53,398 nt of DNA, taken from the IMG/VR virus record IMGVR_UViG_3300021079_000008, positions 1 through 53,398 of that record; one strand, 5' to 3'. Source of the stretch: a virus. Its lineage: Duplodnaviria; Caudoviricetes. The translations under genes were made by a program, and so were the position numbers. The notes under the pieces were generated by a model. It was not told where the DNA came from, ran no database searches, and worked only from the letters and a program-made list of their open reading frames with translations. Below are positions 18,336-28,342 of this stretch, piece after piece (within the stretch, counting starts at the first letter, position 1; every line of letters starts with the position of its first letter).

Positions 18336-18590
18336 ATGACAGTATTAATAACCCTAACTACAGCAGGAGCTGATACAGGACCTTTCAATTTATATTCAGA
18401 TTTAGATGGATATATATCAGCTTTTGAAACAGGAGTAGCTAAAATAGACTTAGTGGCAGGATATACATCTTATGCAGTTCCTAATGGAACCATAATTGTA
18501 AGAGTTAGTTCAGATGGTACTTGTCTAAATTATGTAGATATATCAGTAAATACTACAACCACTACCACTACCACTACGCTTCTTCCATGA
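18336..18590 (+). CDS. Small beta-rich virion-type protein with poly-Thr tail
   Basis: 84-aa ORF similar to the N-terminus of 27473. Confidence 0.7.
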   Translation: MTVLITLTTAGADTGPFNLYSDLDGYISAFETGVAKIDLVAGYTSYAVPNGTIIVRVSSDGTCLNYVDISVNTTTTTTTTTLLP

Positions 18591-18625
18591 TATTAAAAAT
18601 CCTGTTTTGTTGGTTTACAGGATAT

Positions 18626-18660
18626 CTCCCTAGAGTTTCTACTCTGGGGAGTTTTAGTTT
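18626..18660 (+). terminator. Intrinsic terminator
   Basis: CTCCCTAGAGT-ttct-ACTCTGGGGAG then TTTTAGTTT; preceded by a second hairpin ATCCTGT/ACAGGAT (18599-18623). Confidence 0.85.
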
Positions 18661-18709
18661 ACTCTCTAATCAAGTTAGTTAAACTATATAATTAAATTAG
18701 TTAAAATAA

Positions 18710-18742
18710 TTTGGTTAATACCAAAATAATTCCCTATCTTTA
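18710..18742 (+). promoter_or_regulatory. Probable Bacteroidota-type promoter for the phosphoesterase/tail operon
   Basis: TTTG 18710-13, 21-nt spacer, TATCTTTA 18735-42, directly after a terminator. Confidence 0.6.
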
Positions 18743-18769
18743 CAGTAATTTTAACCAAATTATACTATT

Positions 18770-20020
18770 ATGCAAAGTAATCAACACTTGTTGGAACAAC
18801 TTCAGAAGTTATTAAATTGGAAGAAGAGTAAGAAATTTATGGCTGACAAACTTGGAATTTCAGAAAATGAAATTGAAGGGTTGTTAAATGAACTAAGAAA
18901 CAAAGAACAAGTGGAAAATGATGCAGAATGTGGAAATTACATTGGTGAACTTGAAGATCAGATTTTAAGGTATGAAGAAGATATTGCAAAGGGTGTAGCA
19001 GAACTAGTGTTCAATTGTCAAGAGGAAATTAAGACTCTAGATGAATTGATAATTAAGTGTAAAATTGATACAGAGAAATGGGAAATAACTAAATATGTTC
19101 AGAACTATTGGGGAAATAAACAAAATCCTCATTGGCAAGTTAAAGCTTGGTTGGGAAAGAAGACAGCAGAACAAGTGTTCCAGGATTCATTTACCACCTT
19201 CTTAGAAGAATATGTTCCAATTGCACAAAAGGTTATTTCTCCTAAAGTTAGTTTTGATAAAGAGTTTGCTTCTCTTATAATTAATAAGCAAGATTCTCAT
19301 CTGAATAAGTTTGATATTGATGGAAATAATAACATTCCTGAAAGACTTTCCCAGATAATGTATAAAATGGAAATAATTCTAGAACAAGCTTCCCTTTCAA
19401 ATAATCTAGATAACATCACTTACATAATTGGTTCAGACGAATTTAATAGTGAGTTCACTGGAGCAACTACAAAAGGTACTCCTCAGACCAATACTCATAC
19501 CTATCATACATCTTTTGAATACATATGCAATCATGAGATATTGATGATTACATTATTGTTACAATACTCAAATAACTTAAATGTTGTTTACGTATCAGGT
19601 AATCATGATGAATATGCAGGATGGCATTTGGTAACTTGGTTACAAGCATATTTCAAGAATGAATCTAAAGTGACATTTGATGTTTCTCCTAAATATAGAA
19701 AATACATAAGCTATGGCAATTCTGCAATGATGTTCAATCATGGGGATGCTATTAAACCTGCAAAACTTGCAGCAATGTTTCCAATAGAATATAGAGAGAA
19801 TTGGTCAGCACATGAGAACTTTTACATCTTTACAGGAGATAAGCATCATGAGGTGAGTCAAGACTTTAATGGTATTAAGTTCTATCAACTTCCAGCAATA
19901 TCTAATGCTAAAGGATTATGGGAAGATAAACATGGACATGTTGGAGCAAGAGCAGAAATAACAGGATTTTTGATAGAGAAGGAAGAGGGACTAACAAATA
20001 TATTTAAACAGAGTTTATAA
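18770..20020 (+). CDS. Calcineurin-like metallophosphoesterase with N-terminal HTH-like segment
   Basis: All five motifs in order: DSH, GSD, GNHD, HGD, GDKHH; N-terminal KKFMADKLGISENEI. Confidence 0.88.
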   Translation: MQSNQHLLEQLQKLLNWKKSKKFMADKLGISENEIEGLLNELRNKEQVENDAECGNYIGELEDQILRYEEDIAKGVAELVFNCQEEIKTLDELIIKCKIDTEKWEITKYVQNYWGNKQNPHWQVKAWLGKKTAEQVFQDSFTTFLEEYVPIAQKVISPKVSFDKEFASLIINKQDSHLNKFDIDGNNNIPERLSQIMYKMEIILEQASLSNNLDNITYIIGSDEFNSEFTGATTKGTPQTNTHTYHTSFEYICNHEILMITLLLQYSNNLNVVYVSGNHDEYAGWHLVTWLQAYFKNESKVTFDVSPKYRKYISYGNSAMMFNHGDAIKPAKLAAMFPIEYRENWSAHENFYIFTGDKHHEVSQDFNGIKFYQLPAISNAKGLWEDKHGHVGARAEITGFLIEKEEGLTNIFKQSL

Positions 20021-20748
20021 TGTCAACTTTAAGAAAATTAGTTTCAGATATACGATCAATGCATAAATTGTTATCAACAGATAATTTGATAACAGATAGA
20101 GTAATTGCATCTGAAATTAGAAATGATACACTCTTACTAGTTAAGAGAGAAACAAATCTTAGAAAGCTTTGGGCTACTAGTACTTTGTTCACTTCAATTC
20201 CTTGTTTGGAAATGGAGGAAGTTTCTATTTCTGAATGTTGTGATTATGTAGATCCTTGTACAATCGCAAGAAGTAAATATAAGATTCCTCGTATAGCTGA
20301 AGGCAATTATCAATATATTATTCAGGGTGTTTATTCAATAAACGCAATGAGTGGAACTGGTAAGAAATTAAAAGAAATAACAGTAAATAGATACATAAAT
20401 CTTCTAAAACTTCCTATTGTTAAGAAGGAAGAATATTATTGGATAATGAATGATTATCTCTATGTAACCAATCCCTTATTACAAGCTATTAGGATTTCTG
20501 CGTTTTTTGAAACAGAAATTCCTAATGATGTTATGTATCCTGAATGTGGATGTGGTGGACATGAGCCTACTCTAGAAGAGTATTGTATAAATCCTTTAGA
20601 TAAAACTTTTGCTCTTCCAGGTTATCTAGAAAAACAAGTTCTTGAACTAACATCTAAAAAACTATTAGAAACTTATTTCAGAATTAAAACTGACATGGGT
20701 GAAGATGGTGTAGATGGTCAAGCACCTAATACAAAACCAACAAATTAA
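20020..20748 (+). CDS. Putative tail ring protein
   Basis: Adaptor-type N- and C-terminal helices, Cys clusters; synteny. Confidence 0.55.
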   Translation: MSTLRKLVSDIRSMHKLLSTDNLITDRVIASEIRNDTLLLVKRETNLRKLWATSTLFTSIPCLEMEEVSISECCDYVDPCTIARSKYKIPRIAEGNYQYIIQGVYSINAMSGTGKKLKEITVNRYINLLKLPIVKKEEYYWIMNDYLYVTNPLLQAIRISAFFETEIPNDVMYPECGCGGHEPTLEEYCINPLDKTFALPGYLEKQVLELTSKKLLETYFRIKTDMGEDGVDGQAPNTKPTN

Positions 20749-21224
20749 TGCGTGTAAAGGTTGATTGGAGATCTTCAAGTAAAGAAAACTATATACAGTT
20801 CTGTAAGAAACATCCCTCAATAAAATTAACCTTTGATGAGTGGAGAAATATTATATATTCCTATATTGAGTCTTACAAACAATATATTCTTGAAACAGGA
20901 GAGAAGGCAAAACTTCCTTATGGATTTGGTCAGTTCTCAATTAATAAGAAAAAGAGAAGAAAGGTAAAGACAAAGGATGGTAGAGACTTTATCAATCTTC
21001 CTGTAGATTGGAAGAGAACGAAAGAAAAGGGTAAAATCATCTACAATTTTAACTACCATACAGAAGGATATTTCTTCGGATGGATGTGGTTCAAAGATAC
21101 AGCTAGGCTTAAGAACACTGATCTTTGGTATTTCAAGCCCTCACGCACCACATCTAGACTATTATCCCACTATCTAAATACCAATGAAACATACCAACAT
21201 TTGTACAACGAATGGAAAAAATAA
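20748..21224 (+). CDS. IHF/HU-like protein of the crAss tail module
   Basis: ILETGEKAKLPYGFGQFSINKKK motif; basic; lies before the tail tubular gene as in crAss-like phages. Confidence 0.72.
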   Translation: MRVKVDWRSSSKENYIQFCKKHPSIKLTFDEWRNIIYSYIESYKQYILETGEKAKLPYGFGQFSINKKKRRKVKTKDGRDFINLPVDWKRTKEKGKIIYNFNYHTEGYFFGWMWFKDTARLKNTDLWYFKPSRTTSRLLSHYLNTNETYQHLYNEWKK

Positions 21225-21229
21225 CTTAA

Positions 21230-22198
21230 ATGTCATACTATTATCAATACAATTTTACAACACCAGAGATAGTTTATTCTACTATAAAGGAAGAATTTAA
21301 AAGCTATTTTGATACTGGTGCTATTGATGACCTTATGTTTCCCACTTATGTAGATAAGTGTTTAAGGAAATTAGGAAGGTCATCTTATGTCATTTCTGAG
21401 GAACCTCTGTATATAGAAGACTTTCAAGCAAGACTTCCAGATAACTTCTTTGCTGTAAGAGAAGCTTGGATGTGTACAGAAATCCCTCAATATCCCTATC
21501 AAACTGCTAATTCATTTTATTCACAAGCTGATTCTCAAACCACTATTCAGGTTAGTCCTATGACAGTGGGTGGAGAAGTATGTTCTGTATGTAATCAATC
21601 AGGTTGTGAATGTGATTGTCTTCCTGAAATAATCCCTGCTGTGTATAAGACCAATCAACAAGCAGGAAGATCTTATAAGCAGGAATACCTACTCAAACCA
21701 GGAAACATCTCTGCAAGAAGTAATTGTGATGTTGAATATAATAATGCTTGGAGATTCCAAAATATTCCTCCTGCAATTCATGAATTTACACCAGGGGCTG
21801 CAAGCTATGACTCATTTGACATAAGAGATAATAAATTTGTTACAAATTTTAGATGTGGTATAGTTCATTTAGTTTTCTATGCTACAGAATATGATAATAG
21901 TGGAAATCAGATGATTCCTGACAATTATCGTATTAGAGAGTTTATTGAAGCATTCATTAAATATAAGATGTTTGAAACTCTGTCTAATCAAATAAACGAT
22001 GAAACATTCCAACAGATACAACAGAAGCTTGTTTATTATAAACAATTAGCAGATGAGGCATTTATTATGGCAGATATCGAAATAAAAAAACAAGACGTTC
22101 ATACTAAACAAAGAAGAATAAAGAATGACTTGAATAGAAATAATATGTATGAACTTCCAAATCGTACAAATAGGTATGGCTGGAGACGTAATAATTAA
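21230..22198 (+). CDS. Tail tubular / ring protein (Ttub-like)
   Basis: ARLPDNF, FVTNFRCGIVHLVFYA..D.SGNQMIPD, EAFIKYK; immediately upstream of the Tstab gene. Confidence 0.7.
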   Translation: MSYYYQYNFTTPEIVYSTIKEEFKSYFDTGAIDDLMFPTYVDKCLRKLGRSSYVISEEPLYIEDFQARLPDNFFAVREAWMCTEIPQYPYQTANSFYSQADSQTTIQVSPMTVGGEVCSVCNQSGCECDCLPEIIPAVYKTNQQAGRSYKQEYLLKPGNISARSNCDVEYNNAWRFQNIPPAIHEFTPGAASYDSFDIRDNKFVTNFRCGIVHLVFYATEYDNSGNQMIPDNYRIREFIEAFIKYKMFETLSNQINDETFQQIQQKLVYYKQLADEAFIMADIEIKKQDVHTKQRRIKNDLNRNNMYELPNRTNRYGWRRNN

Positions 22199-22206
22199 TA
22201 TAGACA

Positions 22207-25200
22207 ATGGCTGATAATACACAAGCACCTCAAAGTAATGTAAAACCAGAATATAACACTGCAACAACAGGGTTAAATTTAGATCAATCTGTATCTCAGA
22301 TTCCTAAAGGTAAACTGTCGTATGCATTAAATGCTGCTGTAGAGAACTTTGATGCTAATTCTGTTAACTATCAGAATGAGTCAGGTAATGAATTGTGTTT
22401 ACAGTTTCCTACAGATTATCAACTAATTGGTAAACACCTTATTGCTGAGAAAAACAAACACATATTCTTTTTGGCTAATCCTATAACAGGGAATTCCCAA
22501 ATAGGATATATGGACAATAATGATTGTATATATAGGATTTATATTGAGGCTCCTTGTTTAAACTTCAACATTCATTATCCTATCCCAAAGATAGTACATA
22601 AAATTACAAACTGCACTACAGAAATTTATTGGACAGATGGTATTAATCCTAGACGTTATCTTGATTTAGATAATATTCCTAGAATTCTCAAACCAGGAAG
22701 CACATTGTGTGATCCAATATATTCAGATGAAGTTGATTGTAATCAATTAAAATTACAACCTAATTTTGAAATTCCTCTATTGGAGGTGACAGACATAACT
22801 AATGGTGGTGCACTATTAGCTGGTACATATCAGTTCACTATTCAATATTCTGATGCTATAGGCAATCCTTATACATCATATTATTCTGTAACAAATCCCA
22901 CTCCTATTGCTAATACACATATAATTACAACAAGTTTTAATTATGAGGTGGGTAAGTCAATAGTTTTAAACATCACCAATCTTGATATCACAGGACAGTT
23001 TCAGTATTTCAATCTAGCTGTAATTAAGACAATAAATGATATTGCCTCTGTAGAACTTATTGGTACATATTTTATAGATAGGTCTAATAGACAAATTACC
23101 TATACAGGACAAAATCAAACTCAAATCAACCTCACAATCAATGATGTATTTGAGAAATATCCTTTTTATGAAATAGCTCAAGATATCACCACTGTACAAG
23201 ACATCCTTGTGTGGGATAATCTTACATCTATAGATAGAATTAACTATCAACAGATTGCAAATGAGATATCTTTTAATTGGCAAACACATAGGATTCCTTC
23301 AACAGAAACCTATGCAGATGAATTAAATGCTACAAACCTACGTGGATATCTACGTGATGAGGTATATGCATTTGAGATAGTGTTTATGCTAAAGAATGGT
23401 AAACAGACAGATGGTTTTCATATTCCTGGTAGGGCTATTGGATATAATGAAATCTCTCAGCTTGATGTTCCTGTAACTAATCCTGATTTTATTGGAGAAC
23501 CTGATCCCATCACTAATTCAAGTCCTTATTGGAAAATATATAATACAGGCTCTGTAACAGGTTATTCTCCTGAATATATTCCAGGAGATGCTTCTTATAA
23601 AGGACCTTATCAATATGGACAGTTTGCATATTGGGAATCTATAGAAACCTATCCTTGTAATGTAGAGATATGGGGAGAACTTGCAGACCAACCTATTCGT
23701 CATCATAAGTTTCCAGATGTAAGGGTTAGTCCTATATTTGAAACACCTCTTATTACAAAGAATTCTGATGGAACCTATCGTCCTGTTATGATAGATGATG
23801 CTATTTTTCCAATGGGAGTTATGATAAATATTCAACAGATTGGTCAATTAATTGCTCAATCTAACTTAACAAACGAACAAAAGGCTAACATATCTGCATT
23901 TAAGATTGTAAGAGGAGATAGAGCTACAAATAAGTCAATTGTAGCTAAAGGTATTTTAAGAAATGTAGGTAAATACACAAGAGATAAGATAAATGATCCA
24001 GATAGTACTTATTACTATTATCCCAATTATCCCTACAATGACTTAAAAGAAGATGTATTTCTTCTTGAACAAAACAATGCATATAACTCACAATGTAATA
24101 CTTATACAGTTACAGCAACAGCAACTGGCTTTATTGAGTATACAGATTGTAATACAAACATTTTAGTTAGAAAGAATGTAGTATCGGGAGATGTATTCTC
24201 ACAATGTTCAATTACTGTTCCTGTATCAAGTGTTGCTACATCTGTATTACTATCTAGTCCTACTAATTATACTCTAACAGTAGAGGGAGTTGGTGGATGG
24301 ATTAGTTTTCAATATGCAGATTGTATAACAGGAAGTAATGTAGGTGTTATAGTTTATACAGGAGCTCCTCGAAATATTTGTGCTGCGTCTACTTATAGCA
24401 CTCCTCTTCCTAAAGTATTGTTTCAGAATCCAAATGTTACTTCCTACTCTATTGTAAATAACAGTCCTTCTATAAATATAACTTGCTATCCTGCTCCTCT
24501 TAATGGATTTGTAATAGATAATGATCCTCTTAAAGATATACGATATAGACAAATATTCAACTCTCCCGAAACATCATTTGGTAATCCTGTTTTAGGAAAT
24601 GTTCTTAAATTAGAAAGTGCTATATTTGGTGCTGGTAAGGCTCATTTTGTAGAGGTGAGAAAGAATGCTTTATATAAGCTGTTAAGTCTTGATGCTCAAC
24701 AAGATGCGATGAATTCTAGTTTTGATATAGCTAACATTACAGCTCCTTATGATGTAAATGTTCTATTTACAGCATATCAAACCTATTTACAAATATATCT
24801 TACTGGTATTCCAAGAAGGAATTATGCCTACTCATTTAACTCTATAGCCAATTATTCATATAATGCTGATATAGATAATAATCTAGGAATCAAACAAAGA
24901 GAACTAGACTACTGTCAATATCTTATACCAGGATTTCAATCTGTAGGAGAATCAATTAGTATCAATAACTATCAGAGAGAATCTTCTGTATATCTTAAAA
25001 CCATGTCTTCAAGATTTGGAAATCCTTATACAGCACTACCTTTCCCAAGTCAAACTCCTAGTTTAATCTCTTCAGGAACAAATAGTTACATCACTGACAA
25101 TTCACGATTTACTATTTCTCAAAAGAACGATTGTGCATTTCCTACTAAACAGGAAGATATAACAGTAGTTTCCTATTATGCCTCTTTGAAGAACGATTTT

Positions 25201-27471
25201 GTGAATCAGTGGGGACAGATATACTCTTATCCCACAATTGATACAGGATTTCAAAGAAATATTGAAACTAATAATATATTAATGGGACAACCTTCAATTG
25301 CTACAATCTTTGGAGGAGACACCTTTATTAATAGATTTGCTTTTAAAACTAAGATTCCTTTCTTTATTGATAATAGAGTGGGAGCTCCTGATGATAGTGA
25401 TATATTCTATGATGAGATTGGTAATGTTGGATTTCCAAAATACTGGTTCTCTTCAAGGTCTGTATTAACTAATTATAAAAATCTTGCAGCATCTCCTCAT
25501 ATCAATCTACAGAACTTCTTTTCTACAAAAGCTCATAATTTTGACTGTCCTAATAGTCAACTTCCTAAACCAAGTCCTACATCAGTTCCTCCAATAGTAA
25601 ATTCTAATAGAACCTATTATGATGGAAAGATGTATATGTTTGCCTATGGTATTCCTAATTTCTATTGTGAGTCTAGTATAAATGTTGATTTACGTCAGGC
25701 GTTTAATAATAAGGATGGTGACTTTTTCCCTAGAGTTTCCACCACTATTCCTGATGATTGGGTACAAGAAAGTTATGTATCAATAGCATTTGATAATACC
25801 TATACATATAATATTACATATAGTAAGCAGAATAAAGAGAACTTCTTTAGTCATCTTCCTACAGATTGGAAAGCTCAATTGTGTTTTACAAACTTCCCTT
25901 TCAAAGCAATCTATTCTGATGAACAGAGTAGTGATCCTAGTAACAAGGTGAATAATTGGTTGAGTTATGGTGCACTATCATATTTTGATTTTCCTCAAAA
26001 CTTTGGTAAACTTACAAGTTTAGACGGTATTCAGAACAAAGCTGTATTAGCTAGGTTTGAGAATAAATCTCTCCTATATAATACAATGCTCACTATCCAA
26101 ACTAGCAATCCACAAGCAGCCTATCTTGGCAATAGTACATTATTCAAAGCTGCCCCTCCCATTGATTTTGCTGAAACAGATTTAGGATATGTAGGAAGCC
26201 AGAATAAATTCCTTTTGAAGATTCCTCAGGGACAGATTACAATTGATGCTAAAAGAGGACAGGTATTTCTTATTGCTGGTAATCAGGCTACAGACCTATC
26301 AGGGTTTGGTTCAGGACTTAATAGATTCTTCACTGACCATTTAGCATTTGAAATTCTTAGATATTTTCCAGATGTAGATGCTGATAATAACTTTACTGGT
26401 ATAGGATTACATGGTGTATATGATTCTAAATATGATAGGGTGATTATATCTAAATTAGACTATATTCCTTTAGATAAAGATATTAAATATGATTCCCTCA
26501 CTAGAGAGTTTTATATTAACAGAACCTATCATCAAAATTCAACAATTTCTATTCCTTGTATAGAATATACAGTACGTGGTCCAGATGATCTTGGAGATTT
26601 TTCTTGTACATATTTAAACTGTGATGCAAATCCTATAACTATTCCTATTGCACCAGATGAATGTATTGTTATTTTTGCATTAGAGAATTCAATAATTACC
26701 ACTCCATTTGTAACCGTTGAATTAGGAAATACATGTGGGGGTACAACAACCACCACTACATCCACTACTTCTACACCACGTGATCCTTTAGTTGTTCGTG
26801 AAATAGTATATTTAACAGATGAGAAATATTTCTGTAATAAGTCATGGACTCTATCTTATAATGTAAACACTCAGAGTTGGATAAGTTTTCATAGCTATAT
26901 TCCTAATTTCTATATAGGTGAAAACAATTTCTTCTATTCAGGACTTAATGGTGGATGTGATTTAGAATTAATCGCTGCTACAGAGATTCCTTCTACCACC
27001 ACCACCACTACAACATTTTGTTTAGGATGTCGTCCTCCTGAACCAACAACCACCACTACCACCACCACTATTGATTGTGGGTTAGTGGGAACAGCTCTTG
27101 AAGAATTTTGTACAATAGAGGGAACAGCATTTGATATCACTCCCACTACAACAACTACAACAACAACAAGTGGACCTACAGGAACTCTTGAATTACATAT
27201 TGTTCCTGGTGGTGGAGGTACTGCTACATTCACAAATACAGATACAGCCACTCCATATTCATTATTAGCAATAGATACTTTTGCAAGTATAACTGTTCCT
27301 TTAGGAAACTATACATATGATGGATTTACAATGTTACTAACTTGTGACGATGGATATGGACAAACTTCTACCCCATCTGTTCCACAAACATTTCTATTAA
27401 CTACAACATATTCAGTATCAATAGATTGTGCTTTAACAACTACCACCACAACAACAACAGCAGCACCTTAA
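22207..27471 (+). CDS. Tail stabilisation / muzzle protein (Tstab-like), major N-terminal part with inserted Cys/Thr modules
   Basis: 1754 aa; N-terminal GLNLD...YALNA...NESGNE, IYWTDGINPRRY, GYLRDEVYAF, GYVGSQN, IDAKRG, WTLSY...WISFHSY propeller-type motifs. Confidence 0.78.
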   Translation: MADNTQAPQSNVKPEYNTATTGLNLDQSVSQIPKGKLSYALNAAVENFDANSVNYQNESGNELCLQFPTDYQLIGKHLIAEKNKHIFFLANPITGNSQIGYMDNNDCIYRIYIEAPCLNFNIHYPIPKIVHKITNCTTEIYWTDGINPRRYLDLDNIPRILKPGSTLCDPIYSDEVDCNQLKLQPNFEIPLLEVTDITNGGALLAGTYQFTIQYSDAIGNPYTSYYSVTNPTPIANTHIITTSFNYEVGKSIVLNITNLDITGQFQYFNLAVIKTINDIASVELIGTYFIDRSNRQITYTGQNQTQINLTINDVFEKYPFYEIAQDITTVQDILVWDNLTSIDRINYQQIANEISFNWQTHRIPSTETYADELNATNLRGYLRDEVYAFEIVFMLKNGKQTDGFHIPGRAIGYNEISQLDVPVTNPDFIGEPDPITNSSPYWKIYNTGSVTGYSPEYIPGDASYKGPYQYGQFAYWESIETYPCNVEIWGELADQPIRHHKFPDVRVSPIFETPLITKNSDGTYRPVMIDDAIFPMGVMINIQQIGQLIAQSNLTNEQKANISAFKIVRGDRATNKSIVAKGILRNVGKYTRDKINDPDSTYYYYPNYPYNDLKEDVFLLEQNNAYNSQCNTYTVTATATGFIEYTDCNTNILVRKNVVSGDVFSQCSITVPVSSVATSVLLSSPTNYTLTVEGVGGWISFQYADCITGSNVGVIVYTGAPRNICAASTYSTPLPKVLFQNPNVTSYSIVNNSPSINITCYPAPLNGFVIDNDPLKDIRYRQIFNSPETSFGNPVLGNVLKLESAIFGAGKAHFVEVRKNALYKLLSLDAQQDAMNSSFDIANITAPYDVNVLFTAYQTYLQIYLTGIPRRNYAYSFNSIANYSYNADIDNNLGIKQRELDYCQYLIPGFQSVGESISINNYQRESSVYLKTMSSRFGNPYTALPFPSQTPSLISSGTNSYITDNSRFTISQKNDCAFPTKQEDITVVSYYASLKNDFVNQWGQIYSYPTIDTGFQRNIETNNILMGQPSIATIFGGDTFINRFAFKTKIPFFIDNRVGAPDDSDIFYDEIGNVGFPKYWFSSRSVLTNYKNLAASPHINLQNFFSTKAHNFDCPNSQLPKPSPTSVPPIVNSNRTYYDGKMYMFAYGIPNFYCESSINVDLRQAFNNKDGDFFPRVSTTIPDDWVQESYVSIAFDNTYTYNITYSKQNKENFFSHLPTDWKAQLCFTNFPFKAIYSDEQSSDPSNKVNNWLSYGALSYFDFPQNFGKLTSLDGIQNKAVLARFENKSLLYNTMLTIQTSNPQAAYLGNSTLFKAAPPIDFAETDLGYVGSQNKFLLKIPQGQITIDAKRGQVFLIAGNQATDLSGFGSGLNRFFTDHLAFEILRYFPDVDADNNFTGIGLHGVYDSKYDRVIISKLDYIPLDKDIKYDSLTREFYINRTYHQNSTISIPCIEYTVRGPDDLGDFSCTYLNCDANPITIPIAPDECIVIFALENSIITTPFVTVELGNTCGGTTTTTTSTTSTPRDPLVVREIVYLTDEKYFCNKSWTLSYNVNTQSWISFHSYIPNFYIGENNFFYSGLNGGCDLELIAATEIPSTTTTTTTFCLGCRPPEPTTTTTTTTIDCGLVGTALEEFCTIEGTAFDITPTTTTTTTTSGPTGTLELHIVPGGGGTATFTNTDTATPYSLLAIDTFASITVPLGNYTYDGFTMLLTCDDGYGQTSTPSVPQTFLLTTTYSVSIDCALTTTTTTTTAAP

Positions 27472-27472
27472 T

Positions 27473-28342
27473 ATGTCAAAAATAGTAATCATACGACTAA
27501 CAATGTCTGGTAATAGAGTTACTGGTCCATTTAATATTTCTGATAATCTAGGAGAAATTCTTGGAACAGATGTTCCTAAATCATCTCTTATATCGGGAAT
27601 AAGTTATGTTGTTGCTGATACTGCCTCTGTAATCATTGTCACATCTACAGGAGACTGTAATCTAACTAAATATATATCAATCTCTACAATAACAAAAGAA
27701 GAATTAGCAGCAATAAGATATAGACCACTCAATACTCCTTCATTATGGAGACATTTAACCAATCCTGAGATATATAATTACTTCTATGGAAACATAGAAC
27801 CTTACATAATTGAGTATCCTTTCTCATATCAATATCAGGATGAAATCCTTCAGAATGTAAAAGACTACACTAAGGCTTATAGATATTGGCAAAATGGAGA
27901 GGGTGTATTTAATTATAATGATAGAGTAGAAACAGATGATAGATGGTTTAACAAAGCTATTTTATATAATGGTCAACAGTCTACAGGTGTGTTAGAGTTA
28001 GTTCCAAAACCTCTTCATAATCTAAAGGAATACTTGAAGTATCCTTTATATAACGTTGATAGTAAGACAATTACATTTACAAAAGCTGATAACTTCTATC
28101 AATATAACACCTTCTGGAGTTTAATTAAAAGTAAGTCTCTACCTCTATTTTTAACAAGTTGTAAGAGTCTTTCTATAGATAAGCTTGTAAATCAGGCTAA
28201 TATGGATTATGGTAAGCGATCTTTTAAGAAAGATACACTGAGGGCTAAAGATTTGAAAATACGTCATATTTTAGACAATCGTTCTGATGCTCATCTTGTG
28301 AGTCAATTTACTATTGCATCATCTCAAATCTCTTATATATAA
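27473..28342 (+). CDS. Probable C-terminal part of the Tstab/muzzle protein fused to a small beta domain
   Basis: LWRH...YFYG...PYIIEY...FNKAILYNGQQSTG...LRAKDLKIR resembles the Tstab C-terminus; starts 1 nt after the previous stop. Confidence 0.6.
   Translation: MSKIVIIRLTMSGNRVTGPFNISDNLGEILGTDVPKSSLISGISYVVADTASVIIVTSTGDCNLTKYISISTITKEELAAIRYRPLNTPSLWRHLTNPEIYNYFYGNIEPYIIEYPFSYQYQDEILQNVKDYTKAYRYWQNGEGVFNYNDRVETDDRWFNKAILYNGQQSTGVLELVPKPLHNLKEYLKYPLYNVDSKTITFTKADNFYQYNTFWSLIKSKSLPLFLTSCKSLSIDKLVNQANMDYGKRSFKKDTLRAKDLKIRHILDNRSDAHLVSQFTIASSQISYI

Noticed and set aside
16506-18590. Diversity-generating retroelement or shufflon acting on the fibre genes
   Set aside because: No reverse transcriptase or recombinase in the window, and no near-identical TR/VR pair or inverted cassettes seen
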